IMG/VR virus record: IMGVR_UViG_3300030376_007572
Span: 1 to 33,661 of that record
Strand: one strand, 5' to 3'
Origin: a virus
Lineage: Duplodnaviria; Caudoviricetes
Length of the DNA: 33,661 bases
Numbering within the stretch: position 1 is the first letter of the stretch; every line of letters begins with the position of its first letter. The translations under genes and the position numbers were made by a program. Positions 7,375 to 13,562 of this stretch are shown here, one piece after another. The notes below the pieces were generated by a model. It did no database searches. It was not told the origin of the DNA and saw only the letters and a list, made by a program, of their open reading frames with translations.

Positions 7375-7467
7375 CTAGAAGCCAGTTTCCCAGCTATCTT
7401 TATCTTTATATAGTTCATCTATTAGTTCCTCACTAATAGTATTGTCTTGTGGATTATCTATAATCAT
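7375..7467 (-). CDS. possible 30 aa acidic peptide
   Basis: MIIDNPQDNTISEELIDELYKDKDSWETGF*; protein-like composition and A-rich upstream region. Confidence 0.4.
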   Translation of the reverse strand: MIIDNPQDNTISEELIDELYKDKDSWETGF

Positions 7468-7622
7468 ATCATTTAATTTTAATTACTGAATTAACGGTTA
7501 CTATGTCTCTTATCCTATAGAGAGAGAACAATAACCTATACTCTTGGTAATATGAGTCATCACTTGAGTTATTACTCTAATGATAGCTATATTTATTATT
7601 ATGCTGTTTAACTACTGATGAT

Positions 7623-7648
7623 GTGGTAACAAGTGGTAAATAGTGGTA
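7623..7648. repeat. three GTGGTA direct repeats at exact 10-nt period
   Basis: gtggtaacaa gtggtaaata gtggta at 7623, 7633 and 7643. Confidence 0.7.
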
Positions 7649-7799
7649 GTATTGACCTCCTATTCACACAGACACGCACATTTTATTTAATTTAATCCAA
7701 CTTAATTAACAATTCTTAGTGTTCTTAACCTGATTGGTAATTATATGTGGATGTTGTAACCAATTGCACCGGAAACATGCCCAGTGCAATTAATTACAA

Positions 7800-7819
7800 A
7801 GAGAATCCGTAGATTCTCT
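7800..7819 (-). terminator. terminator/stabilising hairpin with C(UACG)G tetraloop
   Basis: Minus strand AGAGAATC-TACG-GATTCTCT-TTGT: perfect 8-bp stem 5 nt after the stop of 7825..8133. Confidence 0.7.
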
Positions 7820-7824
7820 GTGGA

Positions 7825-8133
7825 TTATTCAGGCTGTGCCCAGAACATCCCAGTGGGTTTACCCATACCAGTATCAGGATCTTTTTCTAAAGATCTTACT
7901 GGTACATCAGAAAGAACAATACCTGGTATTAGATCATTCTGTCTTAGACCGTGACCCTCTGGGCTAATAGTCTGACCATTATCATCCGTTAATAATAGAA
8001 GACCAAAGACTTGTTCTTTTTGAACACGTACTTTCTTCTTCAGTTTTCCTACCTGAACTTCTTTGAATTCAGAAGGAGACGTTTTTACTATGATAGTATT
8101 CTTTACTATCTTGTGAAAGAAAAGCTTTTTCAT
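7825..8133 (-). CDS. hypothetical protein (first gene of left arm)
   Basis: Track ORF starts at TTG 8142; ATG at 8133 (MKKLFFHK) is more plausible. Confidence 0.75.
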   Translation of the reverse strand: MKKLFFHKIVKNTIIVKTSPSEFKEVQVGKLKKKVRVQKEQVFGLLLLTDDNGQTISPEGHGLRQNDLIPGIVLSDVPVRSLEKDPDTGMGKPTGMFWAQPE

Positions 8134-8265
8134 ATGTGACAAAGTTTTAAATTAAAATTACCCTTTTTACAGGGGGTGGCTACCTGCCAAAATTAAACTG
8201 GGGAGCAGAAATATAGAACCTCATGAGAACGTTAAACATATAATTCTTGCATTACCGGATTCATT

Positions 8266-8280
8266 TTTGTATATTAAGTA
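8266..8280 (+). promoter_or_regulatory. putative phage late promoter motif TTTGTATATTAAGTA
   Basis: First copy of a motif that recurs upstream of several late transcription units. Confidence 0.55.
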
Positions 8281-8341
8281 TATATCCTTTAAAGAAAGGA
8301 AACAGACAAATAAAGTAATATTAACTTAAAAATTTAGAAAA

Positions 8342-9106
8342 ATGCCTGGATTAAAACACGGAAAAGGACGTTACTCAAAATACTATAATAAAGGTGGACA
8401 AGCTGTCCCTGGAATGTATAAAAGAGGGGGGTCCCTTCCTAAAGCCCAATCATTGGGGGAATTAAAAGATATGGCGGAAGACGAAGGTTATGACGTTGAC
8501 GCTGGTGTTAGTAACTATATGCAAACTGGTGATCTCACTTCAGCTGTTGAAACAGCAGGTGGAGACGCAGATGATGCTGCTATGATAGACCAAGGTGCAC
8601 AGGACATGTATGGCGTAGACCTTACTCCTGAGCAAAACCCTGGAACAAGCGCAATGACAATAGGTCATGCAGATTATGGTAGTAGTGCACCTCAACATGA
8701 ACAAGCACATGTAGCACAAGCACCCACACCTTATGCTCAACCTGGTTTTAACTATATGACACCTACACCTGGAGGTACAGAAGATACCACTAGAATTGGT
8801 GATAGATTTATGCGTAGAGCGGCAAGAAAAGAAGGTCGTAATCTAATGAGAGAAATGAGACAAGAGAGAAGACGTGATAGAAGAGAGGAAAGACAAGCAC
8901 GTAAAGCGGATAGAAGACAGAATAGAATAGATGCTAGACAAGAGCGTAGAGATGCTAGACATGATGCTAGAATGGATAGAAGAACTAATAGACAGGAGAA
9001 AAAGATGGGTAGAATAGATGCTAGATCAGAAAGGCAAGAAGCTAGACAACAAAGAAGAGCTGATAGACAGTTCAACAGAAGGTCTAGAAGAGACGCTAGA
9101 AGATAA
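8342..9106 (+). CDS. hypothetical protein with YxxGG/LPKAQ N-terminal motifs, HExxH motif and Arg-rich repetitive C-terminus
   Basis: 254 aa ORF; HEQAH motif; the last ~104 codons contain about 39 Arg. Confidence 0.85.
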   Translation: MPGLKHGKGRYSKYYNKGGQAVPGMYKRGGSLPKAQSLGELKDMAEDEGYDVDAGVSNYMQTGDLTSAVETAGGDADDAAMIDQGAQDMYGVDLTPEQNPGTSAMTIGHADYGSSAPQHEQAHVAQAPTPYAQPGFNYMTPTPGGTEDTTRIGDRFMRRAARKEGRNLMREMRQERRRDRREERQARKADRRQNRIDARQERRDARHDARMDRRTNRQEKKMGRIDARSERQEARQQRRADRQFNRRSRRDARR

Positions 9107-9135
9107 GTAGTATTAACCCTTAATGTATTTTGCAC

Positions 9136-9435
9136 ATGCCAGAAGAACGTAATGAAGAAGAGACTGAGATGTCTTTATCCGAAAAACTTCAATATGAAGA
9201 ATATTTAGTCAATGAGGCTTTCAATAACTCATTTTTGGTGATCACCAAGAGGGATAATTTTGAGAATCTTTTGGCATCTGCAAGTACTAAGGAAAGAGCA
9301 ATAATGGCACATAACCCTACAGAAGAACCAGATGTAGAGACATTAGAAAATATGATGTACTACTTTGAAGATCTTGAAGAGTATGAAAAATGTGCTGAAA
9401 TTAAAAAGATATTAGATGTACACTTACAAAGCTAA
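9136..9435 (+). CDS. hypothetical protein with C-terminal UVR-like helical hairpin
   Basis: MMYYFEDLEEYEKCAEIKK resembles the UvrB/C (E.yE.Aa.ird) motif. ATG 9136 preferred over TTG 9130. Confidence 0.7.
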   Translation: MPEERNEEETEMSLSEKLQYEEYLVNEAFNNSFLVITKRDNFENLLASASTKERAIMAHNPTEEPDVETLENMMYYFEDLEEYEKCAEIKKILDVHLQS

Positions 9436-9757
9436 ATTAGATAGAATCATAGATGGAGATACAGTGGATGCTGTTATTGATCTAGGATTTGACGTATCAG
9501 TTCATAAGAGAATAAGGTTAGCTGGCATTGATACTCCAGAATCTAGAACTCGTGATCTAGAAGAAAAAGAACGTGGTTTAGCGTCTAAGGCTAGATTAGT
9601 GGAAATGTTAGAAGGAGGTGAGTTTGTCCTTGAAAGTAAAGAGGTGGGCAAATATGGTAGAGTATTAGGTACATTATTCGTAGATGATAAAAATATAAAC
9701 CAAACCCTTGTAGAAGAAGGGTATGCCGTAGAATATCATGGCGGTAAAAAGAAATAA
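9416..9757 (+). CDS. thermonuclease (SNase-like)
   Basis: IIDGDT, RIRLAGIDTPE, GKYGRVLG and NINQTLVEEGYA motifs. Confidence 0.92.
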   Translation: MYTYKAKLDRIIDGDTVDAVIDLGFDVSVHKRIRLAGIDTPESRTRDLEEKERGLASKARLVEMLEGGEFVLESKEVGKYGRVLGTLFVDDKNINQTLVEEGYAVEYHGGKKK

Positions 9758-9792
9758 TCCCTTAAACTTTTTTTATTTAAACTTTTTTTATA

Positions 9793-9800
9793 TATATTTG
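9793..9800 (+). promoter_or_regulatory. Bacteroidota-type -7 promoter element (TATATTTG)
   Basis: Lies 29 nt upstream of ATG 9830 and is preceded by two tandem TTAAACTTTTTTTAT copies. Confidence 0.6.
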
Positions 9801-9829
9801 CCTAGTTATTAATTTTAAAACTTATTAAA

Positions 9830-10213
9830 ATGGCAAATGAAGAAAAATCAGCGGTTGAGTTATCAAAAGAAGAACTTGATCAAAGAAGACGTGAAATAAA
9901 GTCTTATTATGAAGAGAATATTCCTTCTCTTAAAGTACAATTAGAATATGAAGAACTATTAAGAGACATTGAAAAGTCTCGTGCAGAAAGGTTACGTGCT
10001 CAAATGTTTGTAGCACAAACTATGGCACAAGCTCCAAAAGATGATGATGATGTACCTGGTGCACCTCAAGCTGGAGAAGTGGTGAATCTTAAAGGTGCTG
10101 AAGATGCAAGAGCAGCAGGTAAAGCAAAAGCTCAGGCAATAAAAGCTCAAATGGCAGCTCAAGCTCAAGATTCTATTAAAGATAGTAAAAGAACTTTAAA
10201 GCGTGCTAAGTAA
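9830..10213 (+). CDS. hypothetical coiled-coil protein
   Basis: 127 aa; TAATG overlap with the next gene. Confidence 0.8.
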   Translation: MANEEKSAVELSKEELDQRRREIKSYYEENIPSLKVQLEYEELLRDIEKSRAERLRAQMFVAQTMAQAPKDDDDVPGAPQAGEVVNLKGAEDARAAGKAKAQAIKAQMAAQAQDSIKDSKRTLKRAK

Positions 10214-10830
10214 TGAGATATACTAGAGATCAAATAGAAGAGACCATGAGACAAATGGATTATAAGTACTTCACAGGTGGAGACCTTAATCTTAATATAA
10301 TTGGGATCAGGAACTCTTTAACAAAAAGTAAGGTCACTAACAAGTTTGATGATAAGATGACATTGTCTTATAAAGAAGACGGTATATGGAAGTTCCATAT
10401 GTTTGATTGTACAACAGATCCTGGAACTCATTGGGTTGAAAACATAATGAGAGAGGAAGGTGTTGCTATACTCAAACCAGGTCAATATAGGTCTAGTCAT
10501 AAAATCAGAAAGCATCAAGGTAGATATGAAGCTCTTGGGCAGCAAAACCCTGTAACAGTTTATAGAGATAATAATAGAGATCATAATTATGATCTAGATG
10601 AAACTAAAACTGAAACAGGACTTTTTGGTATTAACATTCACAGGGCAACTAAATATGCTGGTAAAAAATCTACACAAATAGATAAATGGTCAGCAGGTTG
10701 TCAAGTGATAGCTTCTAATGATGATTGGAAATTATTTATGAATATATGCAGAAGAGCTAGAGATGCATGGAATAATAATTTTACTTATACATTATTAGAC
10801 AGTAATCAAATTGTTACTTCATGGCTATAG
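10213..10830 (+). CDS. putative peptidoglycan-active enzyme (YkuD/L,D-transpeptidase-like endolysin)
   Basis: TTDPG...LKPGQY...GINIH...WSAGCQV fits the H-x14-17-S-x-G-C catalytic pattern. Confidence 0.65.
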   Translation: MRYTRDQIEETMRQMDYKYFTGGDLNLNIIGIRNSLTKSKVTNKFDDKMTLSYKEDGIWKFHMFDCTTDPGTHWVENIMREEGVAILKPGQYRSSHKIRKHQGRYEALGQQNPVTVYRDNNRDHNYDLDETKTETGLFGINIHRATKYAGKKSTQIDKWSAGCQVIASNDDWKLFMNICRRARDAWNNNFTYTLLDSNQIVTSWL

Positions 10831-11192
10831 TTAATAAAGTAGATAAGAAGGTAAGAACAAGTAAGGATCAGGTTATAAAATATCAGATCCTTACTTATTG
10901 CTTTTTAAATAACCTTCAAATTAGTTTATCTGATTTGAATTGCTTATTACATCTAGCTAAATTTGAGTCTATTGAATTAACTGAATTTTGTAAATTAATA
11001 TCAGAAACTGGTATATTTAAAAGTTCACAATCATGCAGAAATGCATTATCAAAAGCTGAAAAGAAAGGATTACTTGTTAAAGAAGGAAAGAATAAAAAGA
11101 GTATTAGTTTGAATCCAAAGATGAATATTCAAACTGAAGGTAATATATTATTAGATTTTAAAATTCTAGGAGTTGAGACCAAAGAGGCATAA
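10821..11192 (+). CDS. putative winged-helix DNA-binding protein
   Basis: LSDLNCLLHL...SSQSCRNALSKAEKKGLLVK wHTH-like pattern. Confidence 0.55.
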   Translation: MAIVNKVDKKVRTSKDQVIKYQILTYCFLNNLQISLSDLNCLLHLAKFESIELTEFCKLISETGIFKSSQSCRNALSKAEKKGLLVKEGKNKKSISLNPKMNIQTEGNILLDFKILGVETKEA

Positions 11193-11532
11193 AGAATTCT
11201 ATGAGGAAGTAGCAAAAGAAACTGAAGTGCACAAAGATGTTGTACAGGATTTTGTTGACTTCTTTTATGGAAAGGTTAGAAAAAGTCTTTCTGAACTAAA
11301 AGCTTCAAAAATTAATATCCCTAATCTAGGAACATTTACAATTAGGAAATATAAACTAGAGAAGGCAATAAAAAGAAATAAAGATATTTTAGGTAATCTA
11401 GAAAAAATGACCTATAAAGGGTATGAAAAATATGTACCTGTTAAAAAGAAGTTAGAAGAGATGGAGAAAGCTTTAGACACATTAAATAAAAATATAGAAA
11501 ATAAAAAAAAGTTTAAAGATGAAAATAAATAA
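11173..11532 (+). CDS. HU/IHF-like DNA-binding protein
   Basis: EFYEEVAKETEVHKDVVQDFVDFF...KINIPNLGTFTIR matches the HU/IHF fold signature; TTG start. Confidence 0.75.
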   Translation: MRPKRHKEFYEEVAKETEVHKDVVQDFVDFFYGKVRKSLSELKASKINIPNLGTFTIRKYKLEKAIKRNKDILGNLEKMTYKGYEKYVPVKKKLEEMEKALDTLNKNIENKKKFKDENK

Positions 11533-11941
11533 AATATTAGCAGCATTTGGTAATTTAGGTCAAATTGCTGAAGGTATAAAGAATAATATTTTTAAGCAGG
11601 ATGATATTGAACAGATTGCTAAAATGAGATGGGCAGAATGTAAGATTTGCCCTTTATTGGATAGAGAAGGTAAATCATGTGCGGGGGGAGTTTCACAGAA
11701 ACCGTGTTGTTCTGATTGTGGATGCGGTTTAAAATATAAACTTAGAGCTTTATCTTCTGCATGTCCTAAAGGTAGATGGGGTAAGGTTATGGATAGAAAG
11801 CTTGAAAAAAAATTAATAATGCAGATAGATCAACAAAATAAAGTTGAATATGATAAAAAGGTGAAAGCATTAAAGGAAAAAAATGCAGAATTTTTAAAAG
11901 AACAAAAAAATAGAAAAGATAATTATGGCAGTAATATTTAA
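11519..11941 (+). CDS. Cys-rich zinc-binding protein
   Basis: CKICP...C...CCSDCGC.LKYKLRALSSACPKGRW. Confidence 0.75.
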   Translation: MKINKILAAFGNLGQIAEGIKNNIFKQDDIEQIAKMRWAECKICPLLDREGKSCAGGVSQKPCCSDCGCGLKYKLRALSSACPKGRWGKVMDRKLEKKLIMQIDQQNKVEYDKKVKALKEKNAEFLKEQKNRKDNYGSNI

Positions 11942-12758
11942 AGAAGAAGGTCACATATATGAAAGTTTAAATGATGATCTTACTACAGATAACATTAAGT
12001 GGACCAGCGTTACATCTTTTGTAGGACTATTTAAACCTAAGTTTGACGCAGAAGGACAAGCTAAAAAATCATGTAAAAATAAAAGGTCTAAATGGTATGG
12101 TATGACACCAAAAGAAATTTTAGATGCTTGGAATGGTGAATCTGAAAGAGCTATTGAATTAGGAAATTGGTATCACAATCAAAGAGAAGAAAATCTTTGT
12201 GAGTTTTCTACAATTGAAAGAGAAGGTGTAGAGGTTCCTATCATTAGACCTATAATAGATAAAAGTGGTACAAAAATTGCACCAGATCAAAAGTTATCTG
12301 ATGGAGTATATCCAGAGCATTTTGTTTATCTTAAATCTTTAGGTATATGTGGACAAGCAGATCTTGTAACAATAGTTAATAATAAAATTAATATTATTGA
12401 TTATAAAACCAATAAGGAGATAAAAGAAAAAGGATTTAAAAATTGGGAGGGTATTACTTCTAAAATGTATAATCCTGTTAGTCATTTAGATGATTGTAAT
12501 TTAAAACATTATAACTTGCAATTAAGTTTATATGCTTATATTATTAAGAAGCATAATCCTAAACTTAAAATAGGTGATTTACAAATACAACATGTCACCT
12601 TTGAAAAAAAAGGTGAAAATAAATTTGGGTATCCTATAACAGAATATAATGATCAAGGAGAACCTGTAATAAAAGATATTAAGATATATAATTTACCATA
12701 TCTTAAAAGTGAAGTACAAAGTATAATAAAATGGTTAAAAGATAATCCGCAATGTTAG
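11925..12758 (+). CDS. PD-(D/E)XK (RecB/Cas4-like) nuclease
   Basis: SVT, GNWYH, PEH, GQADL, IIDYKT and YNLQLSLY motifs. Confidence 0.88.
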   Translation: MAVIFKEEGHIYESLNDDLTTDNIKWTSVTSFVGLFKPKFDAEGQAKKSCKNKRSKWYGMTPKEILDAWNGESERAIELGNWYHNQREENLCEFSTIEREGVEVPIIRPIIDKSGTKIAPDQKLSDGVYPEHFVYLKSLGICGQADLVTIVNNKINIIDYKTNKEIKEKGFKNWEGITSKMYNPVSHLDDCNLKHYNLQLSLYAYIIKKHNPKLKIGDLQIQHVTFEKKGENKFGYPITEYNDQGEPVIKDIKIYNLPYLKSEVQSIIKWLKDNPQC

Positions 12759-13270
12759 TAAAATTATTTGATATACAAAACAATAAAGTAGTGCCAACAG
12801 AGCATTGCTATACATTAAAGTCATTAAAAACTATTATGGAAAAATATCCAGATACATACTTATCTGTATATCAATACATATTTTATATGACATGTCCAGA
12901 CCCAGATTTAAATCCATTCTTTAATATGCCAGAGCATGAAAAAGAAGATATTATAATAGAAGAAATTGGATTAGAAGAGTCTCCAGAAGATGGACCTATA
13001 AGACATGCTTTAGATACATGTAAGGAACTATATCAAACTCCTACATATAGAGCATATAAAGGGATTAAAACTATGTTAGATAGATTAGCTAGATATATGG
13101 AAACTACATCTATTGAACATGGTAGAGATGGAAATTTAACTTCATTAGTTAATACTGCTGCAAAGTTTGATCAGATTAGACAATCTTTTAAAGGAGCATA
13201 TAATGATATGAAGGATGAACAAAAAAGTTCTGTTCGTGGTGGACAAGGACTTGCTTATGATCAAATGTAA
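12752..13270 (+). CDS. hypothetical protein upstream of terminase (possible small terminase/packaging accessory)
   Basis: 172 aa helical protein; the function is suggested by position only. Confidence 0.6.
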   Translation: MLVKLFDIQNNKVVPTEHCYTLKSLKTIMEKYPDTYLSVYQYIFYMTCPDPDLNPFFNMPEHEKEDIIIEEIGLEESPEDGPIRHALDTCKELYQTPTYRAYKGIKTMLDRLARYMETTSIEHGRDGNLTSLVNTAAKFDQIRQSFKGAYNDMKDEQKSSVRGGQGLAYDQM

Positions 13271-13289
13271 TAACTTAAAATTAATTAAA

Positions 13290-13562
13290 ATGGCAGAAAT
13301 AAGACCTGTAGGAGATAGAATCCTAGTAAAACAACATAAACCAGAAACAACTTATGGTAATACTGGAATATATATACCTGATTCACATAAAGAAAAAGAT
13401 GATAGCGGTACAGTAGTAGCAATAGGTGAAGATGTAAAAGGAATACATGAGGGTGAAGTAGTATTGTTTAATCAATTCATTCAACCCGTAAAAGTAAATC
13501 ATATGGATGAGGATCATATATTACTTAGACAACAAGATATATGGGCAATAAGGGATGTATAA
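13290..13562 (+). CDS. groES: co-chaperonin GroES-like protein
   Basis: IRPVGDRILVK...TGIYIPD...GTVVAIG...GEVVLF...LLRQQDIWA. True start is ATG 13290. Confidence 0.92.
   Translation: MAEIRPVGDRILVKQHKPETTYGNTGIYIPDSHKEKDDSGTVVAIGEDVKGIHEGEVVLFNQFIQPVKVNHMDEDHILLRQQDIWAIRDV

Noticed and set aside
8752-9135. Antisense Leu/Ser/Cys-rich 127 aa ORF
   Set aside because: Shadow of the AGA/GAT/GCT repeats of the plus-strand Arg-rich gene.
11925-12758. Cas4-like nuclease as a sign of a CRISPR system
   Set aside because: No repeat-spacer array or other cas genes seen; stand-alone PD-(D/E)XK nucleases are common in phages.
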